Positions 37,801 to 49,419 of a stretch of 64,000 bases of DNA are shown here, piece by piece; the first letter of the stretch is position 1; each line of letters begins with the position of its first letter. Below the pieces are notes generated by a model that was not told the origin of the DNA, searched no databases, and worked only from the letters and a program-made list of their open reading frames with translations. Location: the NCBI GenBank assembly GCA_973895155.1, contig OZ316898.1, positions 14,352,330 to 14,416,329 of the forward strand, read 5' to 3'. This DNA is from Marsupella aquatica. Lineage: Eukaryota; Plantae; Marchantiophyta. The position numbers were made by a program, and so were the translations under genes.

Positions 37801-40678
37801 GCAAAAACTTAACGAGTAAACTTTTCGACTAGCTGACTAAAATAGGAAACTCGTTCCCGGAACAAGATACCCGGGCTACTCCCGCAGATTTTAAGAGCAA
37901 AATCACTTCACCTCAGATAACCGCGTAGCAAAGCAGAATTCGCTAGTTGTATAATGATAAGAGGTCGGAGTGCCTATTTTGACAAATAGAATGATCTGCA
38001 GATTTTATCTAACGTTGAATCTGTAGATAGACTCTTAAAGATTAAATTTATGCAGCGCAGCCTCTGACCTACAAAAGTATAAGTAACTGCACCTTTCTTG
38101 AAGGGCTTGATTAGCAGAGTGCCAGATTCGTGAGGATTTAAGGGGACCCAAGGATCGATGTAATTGACATCCTCTGGTACTGATGGGTTAGATGCAGCAG
38201 GAGCTTCATCATTTGCAGGATCCTTCGATGATGCATTGCCGTCCTCCTCCACGTGTTGATCGTCCCACATTCCCTCGTCTCCATCACCTTGCCAGGCAGG
38301 CTCACCCATATCCATCTCCCCAGGAGACTGGATAGTGCCAGGAGTCTTCGTTCTTCCAGGAGTTTTAATTTTGTCAGTAGCAGCGGATTCCCTTGGCTCA
38401 TTGTCTCCACCAGGAATGAAAGGACTGCCCCGAGGTGCGCTACTACTCGGAACAGCAGAGTCTTCCGCACTTTCTCTTCTTCGATACTCTTGGCTGTCCA
38501 GATACTTGTCTACTGTCGCCGTGTCGCTCGGGTCCAGGAGCAGGAAGTTCCTATACATCATACAAGTAGAAACCTGCAAATTCACGCGAAGATAGACGTT
38601 GAGAACACAAAACGGAAGATTAAGATGTAACTATCACGCTAAATCTGAACGAAGTGGTGGAACAGTGACCAGCGTTGGACTTTCATTCCAAAACATGTTT
38701 GCTTTACACTTTATTAAAGTTGACCTTCATAGATGATCCACAATTATTCGCGGGATTAAACAGAGGCGATAATCAGTTCCACAATCATGACGCTAGAAGA
38801 ACAGTCAGAGTCCGTCAGGAACTTCGTGTCTCGACATTCCGTTAGATTGTCTTGAAAATAGCTTAAAAAAAGTCCCTAAAATAAGCGAAATCCACGAGGA
38901 CGGCTGTGAGTACAGAAGTGTCAATGACACAACGACTGAAATCGCTCCCGCCGACATTCAATAAAGAATGCGTCAGTTTCTCAGTGGCCCACAGACATTA
39001 AATCTCAGGACTCATCCATCGTCCTTCTTACTTTGTCGCACAGTATTGAAAGGTAAATGTGCATACCTTTTCGGAAAAAACTGTAACAAATAGGTTCTTT
39101 GCAATCGAGTAACATAGGAACCCAGGGCGATCGAGTGACATACGTGGTACGATGCGAGCTCGCCCGCTTCTCCAGACATGTCTGTAGACTCCCCTTCCGT
39201 CACAAGCAGACTGGTAGGGACTTTTATATGTTGTGTTATGGAGTGCAATCCTTCCTCGTCGAAGACATCGATATCAGCTTCCTCTGCAAGCGAATCAACA
39301 CCAACCTTTTATTCGTTTTGAGGGGCTTTGAAAAGTCCGGCGTATGGGTATGTCTAACGCAGGGTAAGGTGAAACCGGACTTCCCTAAACTTGGTTGCGG
39401 ACGACATACCTAAAAAGACAGAACGATTGTTCTCTAAAATTTGAGATGGGAATGAAGCTGCATTGTCACACGCAAGAATGTGTCTGTGTCGAAGTAATTT
39501 TACACGAACTAGAGATCGACCTTCACATCCATAACTTTGCTCCAACACATTTCAAAACTAGCGTGGCTTTCTCAAGTTCGAGTCTGGATAATTAAAAGTG
39601 GTTGCGCATACTCCAGGGAAACGGTAACGTCATCGTGTTTACTGTTTCGGTATGCTGGACTAAATTTCAAATGCGCAGTAAGTGAGAGAAACCAACCTGG
39701 AACTTCGTCATCCAAGCTGAGAAAATTATCCTCTTTTTCGTCTGCAGCGTTGCATCCTTGATGGTCCTCTTGCGAAGAAGGTCTCTCCCCTTCTTGACCC
39801 TGCCTGCAACCAGGTGTAATCCGAACTAGGGTCGGTACAGCTCTCGCGGTGAGGATTAAATTCCCGACAAAATAACTTGTAATACTTTAGTGTGAGCTCG
39901 CACGTTATAAAAGACTGTAATGAGGTCAGTGTAGATGGAGGCATACTTTTTCTGTGCAAGATAGTCGAGCGCTCGCACTACCAGATTGTACAGATACTCG
40001 ACCTTCTTACTGTAAACTTGTATGGAGCCTTGAATTAACAGCGCAGCTGACAAACACACAGAAACATCAGTACGTAATTCAGCAGATTCTCTCCAAAGCT
40101 TATAATTGTCCCGTACCTGTGCAACTGTTCTTTGTACATTGGCAAGTGCACTCGGCACGTAGCATGTAAACATCCGTTTAATCTTTTCAAGTTTGTAGCA
40201 CAGTTCGCTTCGCCGTGCAAACTAAAAGCAAAAACCCAGAAGAAAGACGTGCCCTATAGCTTCAGTTGATGATATGAAGTTACTGTTTATTACTGTCAAC
40301 CGTAAGGAGTCGCATACCATGTTACCGTTACTGGTATTTTAAAGAAGTTCACATTTCTTAGCGTCTTCTTGTTTTCAACCGATTGCATTTGTACAAAGGG
40401 TGGTAGAGTCATAGCAAGAAGATCAGAGAAAATCAACTTGGCCGCGTGAAGTAGGTGTCAAGCGTCTAGCATTGCGCAAATCACTCACCTTCTGCAAAAT
40501 TAAGAGGACTGTCGCCGTCGTCGAACAAGCCGGTAGCCTTAAGCTCATCCAAGTAGCTCTCGAGCTGCTTCCCGACATCCACGCTCCAGTTCGTAGCCAT
40601 GTCTCTGTTAGGCTGCAGCAAATTGACAAACCTCGACTCCCTCTCGGGCCCATTGCCGACTCTCTCGTCCTCAGCCAT
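34899..40678 (-). CDS. CAP-H2: Condensin II kleisin subunit H2, 745 aa; exons 40489-40678, 39947-40046, 39697-39803, 39144-39283, 38093-38573, 37542-37705, 36818-36994, 36455-36574, 36263-36364, 35844-36008, 34899-35390
   Basis: [96 protein letters not shown]; GT-AG introns keep frame (2238 nt). Confidence 0.95.
35527..35751 (+). pseudogene. ccsA: Nuclear plastid DNA insertion (NUPT): decayed ccsA fragment in the last CAP-H2 intron
   Basis: Translates [44 protein letters not shown]...[25 protein letters not shown], i.e. the CcsA WWD heme-handling region with two TGG>TGA stops and an internal deletion. Confidence 0.93.
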
Positions 40679-41072
40679 CAATCAAACTCAAGTTTTCGGG
40701 TAGGAGACTTCCCGTGCAAAGTAAGGCCTCTACCCAACAAAGTCGTTGCCTATCCGCCGGCAAGGTCTTTGCCCACAGGGAGAAATGGCATGGGAGCAGG
40801 GAAGAAACCAGGCAAATGCTTATGCAGAATCTTGGTTTCTTTCAGTTGCTTGTTCCACCGCGAAAACCGTGAGTCCCCATGGCCCCAGAAACATTAAAGT
40901 CAACTGCAGGAGCATCATTGCAGAATTGTAGTAGCAACTTACATGCCAAATCCGAAGATCACTGAAAGCTCGAAAAGCCCGTGCACAGACGATGTCGAAG
41001 ACCATGAAAGCTCGAGTAGCCAGTGCACAGACAGTGTTTATAAGGCTGACATGTGTATGCAGAGCTTTGAAA

Positions 41073-41352
41073 AAATGCTTAAACCTGGTTGCGAACGAAT
41101 TGAACGAGACAGAGTGTCAGCAGAACTAACATTTCCTTGCCGAGCTTGACCAAATGCTTCAACCTAGTTGCCAACGAATTGAACGAGACAGAGTGTCGGT
41201 AGGACTAAGATTTCTTTGCGGAGTTTGAGGAAATGCGGCAACCTAGTTGCCAACGAATTGAACGAGACAGATTGTCAGTACAACTACGGTATTATTGCTT
41301 TGCGGAGCTTCGGACAAAATGCGCAGACCTAGTTGCGAACGAATTGAACGAG
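41073..41352. repeat. Tandem array of 79-86-bp units (about 3.5 copies) upstream of or within the CAP-H2 5' leader
   Basis: Units start at 41073, 41152, 41231 and 41317; core ACCT(A/G)GTTGC(G/C)AACGAATTGAACGAG in all four. Confidence 0.92.
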
Positions 41353-43245
41353 CTGGACCATCTAACGAGCGCTCCCAAACAGAGAGAGCACAAAACTGCA
41401 TCGGCTATAACAACAATCGAACTAGTCCTGTGCCCCGATCTTCGTGGAAAGCATCGTATTGTACAGGAGTATTTACCGCGCACAGCGAAGTTTTTAAAAT
41501 CGCGAGATGCATTTTGGACGGCCGGATATTCTCGCGTTTCGCCACCGTCGATCTGTGTTGGGGGCGGGATCGCGCGTGGACGGTTCTATGTGAGCTGAGG
41601 ATGGGGAGTCTCCCCCTCTCAGAATTTATGCCTTGAGGAGTCCTTGCAAACCAAGGTGAAGGATCCATAGTAGTCCGATTCTATTAGTTGTTTTCTTTAA
41701 CCATTGATTGGAGGCATGTGCACCCCTGGCACATATGTGATTTTCGCTCCCCCATAAATGCCCCAGCCCAATCCTTATGGGCAGGCCCTCCTTGCATAGT
41801 GCAAAGCACTGGCATAGGGCTTGTTTTATTAATAATTTGCCAAGTGAAGTTAGAGTTGGGATCTAGATTTCTAGAATGAAGACTTTAGACCATGACTTTA
41901 GGGTAGCACCAAATGTATGTCTGTGGAGAGATGAATGAGTATGATCATGCATGCTAACTTTTATTACCACTCTATTGTTATTCAAAGAACGGGCATTCAG
42001 GCTGGTTCTTTTAAACCATTGTTAGCCAAGACTTCTCTCTTTTTCAAATTCTTCATTCCTCTATCTTACCATTTTACTCCACAATATCAGGAAAATGATA
42101 CTATTAATGGTGAAACCTGGTGGATCCGGTTTTGTCATGGGTAGTGGTGGTTTCACTTTGCAGAAAGTGAGTAAGGAGAATGGTGCACCTTCCTAGTACT
42201 ACAATTGAAGTGCTTTTGAAGGTCATTTTTGCATAAGCTAAGTTTTGCACCTACAATGTTGATGCGCAAGCCTAATCTTCAAATCCCACAAAATTGGGGT
42301 GGGATTTTGATGGGCAACTGGGCTATGGGCCTAATGTGGCTATAGCTGTTGTATCCAGGGTAGCCACTTACCTAGGGGGCAGGAGAAAGTATGTATGCTT
42401 TGAGGGATAGGGTGGCTTTACAAGATCTGGGGGGCAATTTGAGTATTTTTTTCAAAGCAAATCTCCGGGCCATTTAACATCCTATATATAGTGTACCAGG
42501 GCTCAAGGAGAGTTTAAAATCATCTTATGGGCCCCCATCAGTGTTTTTTTAGTGGCAAACTTTTGCCAAATTTCACCTCCCAAAAATCCTTTTGCCACTT
42601 TTGGCCAAAATTTGCTACTATTTTGCTATCTCATTAGCCAGTGTTCCACCTAATCCCAGGCCCCATTCTCAGCCCCATTAGCCAGAATGTAATGGTCAGC
42701 CTTAAATCTAGGGAGATCTGATGGTCAGGAAAATAATTGAATAAGGAATATTTTGAGCATCTTCTTCGTCACACACCATACATTCGCCACTCTGGCCAAA
42801 AAGTAAAATCCTTAAAAAATACCCTGCCCCCCATGTGTCTTGTAAGAGCATTCCCACCGGTCCGCTATATTGAGCGGTCCAGCAGCATTTGGCGGGGATG
42901 CTACCGCTATCCTCCCCCACCGGCACTCGTAGCCCTAATCGTATCAGCCCGGCCCCGCCTTTTTCACCTTTTGGCACGGCACTCCTACGCTCAACAAGCG
43001 GGCTGGGAGAAGCTGCAAAGTTTCGCGGCATCCAGATGCAACGGCCCAGATTACCTAGTCCTGCCTCCATCCAACGCTTTCAATTGCTTTTGTTCCCACC
43101 GTGGTCCTATGCTGCAAGGACCTCGTGACTCCAATCCTGCAACAAAGTTTCCCTCGCTTCTGCACTGTCGCATCGCACGAGATTCTGCACTGTCGCATCA
43201 CACAAGCTTCTGCACGTTCTCGAGCTCGAGTGGTTCCTGGCAAAG

Positions 43246-44301
43246 ATGGCAACAAACAGTGCTCGCGGGCAAAAATTTTGTCTGCAGAGTTGAAACAATT
43301 GTGTATGTCGTGGGTGAACATAGGACAGGATCCTATTGTGGGTGCAGGGCCAAAATCAAGCTTGTTGGGATCGTGTCGCTGGCCACTACAATCAACACAG
43401 GCCGAGAGCTACCCAAGAGAGAGGCGCAAGATCACTGGAGAGCAAATGGGGAGATTTGAAGCATGACATTGCAAAGTTTTTGGGTTCGTATGCCAATGTA
43501 GAAGATCTCAAGCTGTCTGGTTCCAATCAGGAAGATACTTTGCAGAAGGCAAGAGAGCATTATCAGGCACAACATCCGAAGGGGAAGGATTTTGCTTTCA
43601 TGGACTGCTGGTACTTGTTGAAAGATTGCCCACGTTTCTCCCATTCTATAGAAGACATGGCAGATAAACGAAAGGGCAAGAAGGCAAAGGGAAAGGGCTC
43701 TGCAACTGATAAGGGGAAGACATCGCCTACAGACAAGGAGAATGTACCCCCCACCCCCTATTCGCCTACAGAAATCATAAACCCGAATGATTGTGATAAT
43801 AGCGCTGCTGGGGAATTTAGTAGCAATGGACGACCCATGGGCAACAAGGCTGCCAAGAAGCTGAAGAGTGAGGAGTCTGCTTTTCGAATTGCAGCTTACG
43901 CCCAAAGGGATATGGCAATCACCAATTCCAAACGTTTGAAGCTACTCCAGGATCAAAGCATTCACAATTTGTTCACCATGAGGGCAGCAGAAGTGGATGA
44001 TGATTGCAGAGATTCTTTCAAACAATGGAGAGCTCGGGAGCTTCAGAAATTCAAGGTTGCATATGAAAAGGAGTCAGCGGATATTGAGGTGGCCACACAT
44101 ACTCCAACCAGAGCATCTCGAAGTGTACCAGTGCTTGTCGAGGCGTCAATTCCAGTTGAGGTGCCTGGCCAAGAGCCAATTGGACATGTGCATACACCTC
44201 CTGCAATGATTCCAGAAGACCTACATTTTGTGGGTGTTGAAACGAGTTTTACAGCAGGCTTTGATCCCAATAGACCACATGTATACGAAGACCTTGTGTA
44301 G
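43246..44301 (+). CDS. Harbinger/Pong Myb/SANT-like (NAM-associated) DNA-binding protein; N-terminus disrupted by two compensating 1-nt indels
   Basis: LKQLCMSWVNIGQDPIVG (alternate frame) followed by WDRVAGHYN...SLESKWGDLKHDIAKF...FAFMDCWYLLKDCPRF...RPMGNKAAK. Confidence 0.88.
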
Positions 44302-44808
44302 TGCGAATCTGACTTTGCAGCAGTGCAATTCGGGTGGCGCAATAGTGCCACTCTTTTGGAGTCTGTAAAAAAAAATTGTTTTCTTTTTGAGAAAGGGTTT
44401 CATCTTTTACTCCTAGCGGAGCTGTTTTGTACAGAGGAGTCCTCTGGTATGTATTAATGAGAAGCATGTGTCTTCTCATGAACTCTTTTAAGTAATAAAT
44501 TCGGATGCGTCCATTGTTGCACTTCTCTACTGTCCAGTACATTGAATGCACTCACAAACCGTGAACCAACGACAAACCGTGAAGGAGAGACAGTGACATT
44601 CTCGAACTCTCCTCCTGCAGTACAACGACGACATTGTACAACACCGACCCCACCCTCACAGAATTTCTACAAGACTCTAGGCTGCGAGTGTTTGCTCACA
44701 GTTAGTATTGCTCCACTCCAATTTCTGTTTGCTCTTCTAATCTTGGTCTACTGCCTCGTCAAGCTTTGCTTTGTATCATTACCATCACTTTGCAGCATTT
44801 AGGGAAAC

Positions 44809-45249
44809 ATGCCTCTGAAGGAATGTGCGAGAGGATCTTCCGTGCCTGCCCTTGCTCCAAAGGAATCAGCTGAAGGATTGGATGATGCTGCGAATCCTTC
44901 CAAGGCATCCATTCCTGAATTGAAACTTGGTGAGGGAGTGTGTACTGAAGCTGCTCCAACAGGGCCTAATGCCGAGCCTAATGCGCCAGCAATAGAAGTT
45001 CTGCAGCCCTCAACAACTCCAGAGGAAGACATCATGAAGCAGTGGAAGGCTTCAATTTCCTTGCAAGTCACGATTGAGGAGGATGCAAGATGTGAACGTG
45101 CAGAGTGAAGATTCAAGCGATGGGAAGCAAAGGTTGAGAGGAAGCAACGACAGAGAGAATTAGTTCGGGAGGAACGTAATGAAGATGAAGGGGATTCGGA
45201 TGATGGACGCCGGTATGGTGGATATGTGTGGAAGTGGCTGAAGGATTGA
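44809..45249 (+). pseudogene. Third, unknown ORF inside the Harbinger element (146 codons, one in-frame TGA at 45106-45108)
   Basis: Preceded by a GTTAGT...TTGCAG intron (44701-44795); the frame continues past the TGA into a charged helix ending GYVWKWLKD*. Confidence 0.55.
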
Positions 45250-45556
45250 GTCATCCACAATGCAACGTTTGAGGGAAACTTGTGGGCAGTCAGCAGAGAT
45301 TTCCGCGAAGTTGTGTCTACTCCACTGCGATAGTTTTAGTCTGCTGGAAATGCTGATTTTACAGCTTGGCTTCGACCTCTAGCACTTTGTTTAGCATTGT
45401 GTAAGAGATAAATTGCACAAACAATCAAGCAGACAATTTTGTAGTACACAATGCCACTTCTCTAGGCAGTCAATTTGAAGGAGCCACGAATGGAGCAAGT
45501 TTCAATTGAAGTTGTATGTTTTAACACATTCGCACATGTATGTCTTGGCCTAGTTT

Positions 45557-47023
45557 CTAAACTTGACTTACATAATCAAATCTATGACCTTTGCCTTTCA
45601 GATTCCACAAGTGCTCCACTAAATCATTTCGGAGCATGTAATGTGTCTCTGAATCATGGATTGTTGGGGTGGCTGCCATATATTGTTTCCAGTCAGAAGT
45701 CGGAAGTAGGTTTCCATGGCCCCCTGCCCCTGGCCTTTGGTCCCAATCTTGGGGCAGATTTTCTTCTCCTTCGTCCTCAACAATCATGTTGTGTAAGATA
45801 ACACATGCTATGCAGATGTCTTTGATCACAGCACTGCAATGAATTCGTGCAGGATTTTGAATTATTGCAAATCTTGCTTGAAGAACTCCAAAAGCTCTCT
45901 CGACATCCTTCCTTGCTCCTTCCTGACATTTTGCAAACCACTTCCTGGCCTCTCCTTGTGGCAATGCAATAGTTTTTACAAAAATTGACCATTCTGGATA
46001 GATCCCGTCTGTGAGGAGGTAGTATCTATTATACTCTACTCCATTCACTTTGAAGTTGCAGTCATTTGCTTCACTCCTCAGCATATTGTTCACCAGGGGT
46101 GATCTGTCCAGTACATTGAGGTCGTTGTTGCATCCAGGAAGTCCAAAATATGCATGCCAAAACCACAATGACTGATCTGCTACTGCTTCTAGTACAATTG
46201 ATTTCTCCCTGTCTTTGTTTGTGAAAAGGCCTTGCCAGGCAACAGGACAATTCTTCCATCTGTAGTGCATGCAATCTAAAGAGCCAAACATTCCAGGGAA
46301 TCCTCTGGCCTCATTGATCAAGAATTGTCTCTCCAAGTCCAATTTGGTGGGCTGTCTAAGATAATGTGCCTCAAACACCTCGCGTATAGCCCTACAAAAT
46401 CTCTTCAAAGAGTCCAATGCAGTGGTTTCTGCAATTCGACAATATTCGTCCATGGCATCAGCAGAAACTCCAAGTGAAAGTTGGCGAAGAGCAGCAGTAA
46501 TCTTCTGAATTGAAGAAAGGCCCAATTTTCCAGCAGCATCTCGCTTCTGGATAAAATATTCATCATGTTCACAGACAGCATTATGAATCTTCCAAAACAG
46601 ATGCCTTCTCATTCTAAATCGACGCCTAAAGTGAGCATCTGTGTATACAGGATTGACTCGAAAATAGTCATCCCATATACGTTTGTGCCCTACCACAGAG
46701 TCACGATCAATGTTTGGTGATTTCCCCGGCCTTGATCCACCATGCACCGACACCCTGTGCCAATTGTACCAGTCCATCAGATTCAGTGGTCCATTGATTG
46801 TCGTCTCTTCCCACAATTTTTGCTCCACTTCGAGCTCTGCCAATTCCTCTTGTATCTGCTTCTGAAGTTTTGCACGCCAATCTTGGTGCGAGGCGCGCCA
46901 TGGTATTGATTGGGCTCGACACTCTTCAAAGGATTGATGACAAGCAAAAGAACCAAGCGCGCGCAAAGTTCTCGTGCATTTTTGTATCGACACTGAATGA
47001 TCAAGTTTCAAATCATTGCGCAA
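45557..47023 (-). CDS. Pong-type Harbinger DDE transposase (HARBI1/ALP1-like nuclease family)
   Basis: FRRRFRMRRHLF, GFPGMFGSLDCMHYRWKNCPVAWQG, NDLNVLDRSP, YYLLTDGIYP-(35 aa)-KDVERAFGVLQARF. The ORF-track start is TTG; the first in-frame ATG is at 46777. Confidence 0.96.
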   Translation of the reverse strand: MRNDLKLDHSVSIQKCTRTLRALGSFACHQSFEECRAQSIPWRASHQDWRAKLQKQIQEELAELEVEQKLWEETTINGPLNLMDWYNWHRVSVHGGSRPGKSPNIDRDSVVGHKRIWDDYFRVNPVYTDAHFRRRFRMRRHLFWKIHNAVCEHDEYFIQKRDAAGKLGLSSIQKITAALRQLSLGVSADAMDEYCRIAETTALDSLKRFCRAIREVFEAHYLRQPTKLDLERQFLINEARGFPGMFGSLDCMHYRWKNCPVAWQGLFTNKDREKSIVLEAVADQSLWFWHAYFGLPGCNNDLNVLDRSPLVNNMLRSEANDCNFKVNGVEYNRYYLLTDGIYPEWSIFVKTIALPQGEARKWFAKCQEGARKDVERAFGVLQARFAIIQNPARIHCSAVIKDICIACVILHNMIVEDEGEENLPQDWDQRPGAGGHGNLLPTSDWKQYMAATPTIHDSETHYMLRNDLVEHLWNLKGKGHRFDYVSQV

Positions 47024-47992
47024 TGTGTGACCTCTAGGTTGAACTCAAACTCGCCCAGTTCGAACTACATGAGTGTTTGGTGTGAGAATTTTGGTGCAGC
47101 GGTGGGGTACGTGACCGGGGCAGGTCTTAATGCCGGAACGCCGAGTCTCCTTTGGCTCGCTACTTTTGCCGATGCCACGTCAGTTTAGCGGGGTCCGGTG
47201 GGAGTGCTCTAAAGCTAACTACTACAGCAAATGGTGCTAGAATTATTTACTAGAAGACAAGTCGGGGACCCACTTCACCTCAAAGTCACATAGTTTATAG
47301 TTCATTGGCTAGGGCCCTTGATGCTGGAATTATTTTGCTAGTAGACAAGTTGGGGACCCCCTTCACCTAAAAGTGGCGTGTTCATTGGCTAGGGTCCTTC
47401 TTGTTCTGGCGAGAGAAAATTTATGGAGGGGCATGTGGGTCCATTTTTATTATCAAAGCCCCCCTAAAAGACTCAAAATAGGAGAGGACCAAGGCCAGAC
47501 GATGATACCTCCAAGAGAGGTGGTCTAAAATATGGGAAACAAATGTGCTTCACATGAGCAAAATTTGGGTCCCCACTTCATTCAAAATAGTATTTTGTTT
47601 TTAAAATTAGAAAGGGAACAGTCAATCACAACATTTGCACTCTAGATCTATGAGTTTCAACTCAGGTGAGTTACCACAGCCATGCCTCTCTGGGCACCAT
47701 TCCAAATAGGATTGGCAACAGGTTGCATTGTGAGTGCCCCCAATATTTTGTAAAACCAACAGCAACAGTTTTTCCCCAATAGAAAGCCCTCATCACATCT
47801 ATAATTGAGGCAAAAGAAAAGTGATAACTGCCACCATCTTGTAAAGCCACCCTTAGAAGCCCCTCGGCCTCATGGAGTGGGTCAATGCTCCCTCCACTAA
47901 TTTTTAAAGTCCATAGTGCAGTCCCACAATTTGAGTACTCAATGATACACTCGAAGCTATACAAGAAAACTTAAATTTCACCTAAGGCTATT

Positions 47993-48295
47993 GACCATAA
48001 CCGCCAATAATTGAAACGCCCTATTGTTGTAGTTCCGTAGGGAGGGCCCATTCTTTTGCATTGGAAATCACTTTCATTAACTCAAACAGCCAAAGGCGAC
48101 CATAACTCTCAAGAATTGAGACGCCCTATCACTGGAGTTCCATAGGGAGAGCCCATTTCTTTTGCTTTAGAAATTACTTTCATTATTAACACTAACAGCC
48201 AAAGGCGACCACAAACTCTCGAAAATTGAAACGCCCTACTGTAGCTCCATAGGGAGAGCCCATTTCATTCGGAAACAATTTCATTAAGACAACAG
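47993..48295. repeat. Tandem repeat, about 3 x 105-109 bp, downstream of OEP80
   Basis: GACCA.AA...AATTGA.ACGCCCTA...TAGGGAG.GCCCATT at 47993, 48098 and 48207. Confidence 0.88.
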
Positions 48296-49419
48296 AGATA
48301 GGATATCGAGTTTCAGGGATCAGCTCCCAAGGAGGAGGATTTATTTTCCTACAATAGATGATACTACTTCATAATTAAATATCATTTGACTATTCGGATG
48401 ACCATAAATCTCAGACATCCTCCTCATCCAAGTTCGACTTTACTGTACCAATATTTAAACATTGACTTGCCACTGGCAGAAACTTACCCGAGTCTATATA
48501 CTTATTCTACTTAAAACACGACTGAATACAAAGCTCACCTGATCTAAATCCAGGGTTCCATTAGACTTGAGACTCTGCAGACTGGAGTTAGGCTTTCCAC
48601 TTATGGCAGGAAGAGGATTCGCACTACATTGCCTTCATGTGCACATCTTCAAAACACTTTAATTCATCAACGTGATACTGTGACTTTTAGTGACTCTGGC
48701 AGAGAGACAGTGATTTTGGGCAAATTGTTTTCTTGACAATCGTTCCGAGATTGTGGCCCTGCGAGTAGTGGATAATCCCAGACCATGGGCCAACCGAAGG
48801 ATAGCTAAAAACACCAAAAAATCAACCCCCTTCGTACTTTCTCGAAATTGAAATAACGAAAACCATTTAGCAGTACAAATCGTATCCTATCAAGATCAGT
48901 TCCAATTAACATTGGATCTGAGTTCATTAGAGCACAGGGATTGATCTCACCCATTTTATTCACATGCTGCAGCGTTGCTCCCTCCCAAACACCGAAGAGT
49001 AACCCTCTTCATACTTTAGAAGATTGACCCTATTAAACCCACTACTCATCCAGTAGAGATCACACAGATCTTTGCCTGAGCCACATTAGTTTCTTGGTTT
49101 GTCCAGGTGAAGCAGAATTGTTCTCATTCAAGCAATCTCGTCGTAGCTTGAAACCCAAGATTAGAAGTCGCGCAATATAAGATCGGAATCACAACCTTCC
49201 CTGATTACACAGCACATAAATCTACCGAAGACGACACATATGAGTGCAATCGAAGAACATAATACAACTCTTCCCTCTTTGCACAAGATACATTCCTACC
49301 AACTAAAGGCAAGCATAAGTGCCACAAAGAGCATCTTTTACTATTTTGAGATTGGAACATTGAATGAGTTGAGACATGTGCGTTTCTAACACCTCACGGC
49401 AGAAAAACCCCTAGCGTTC

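Larger units (their letters stand above)
42846..47209. mobile_element. Full-length Pong-like PIF/Harbinger DNA transposon (4364 bp), TAA TSD
   Basis: TIRs GAGCATTCCCACCGG (42846) and CCGGTGGGAGTGCTC (ending 47209); TAA at 42843-42845 and 47210-47212; encodes a Myb/SANT-like protein and a DDE transposase in convergent orientation. Confidence 0.96.

Noticed and set aside
41073-41352. CRISPR-like repeat/spacer appearance
   Set aside because: The intervening sequences are homologous to each other, no cas genes are present and the context is eukaryotic; it is a tandem repeat.
42737-43459. 240-aa ORF
   Set aside because: It crosses the transposon TIR/TSD boundary and has no domain.
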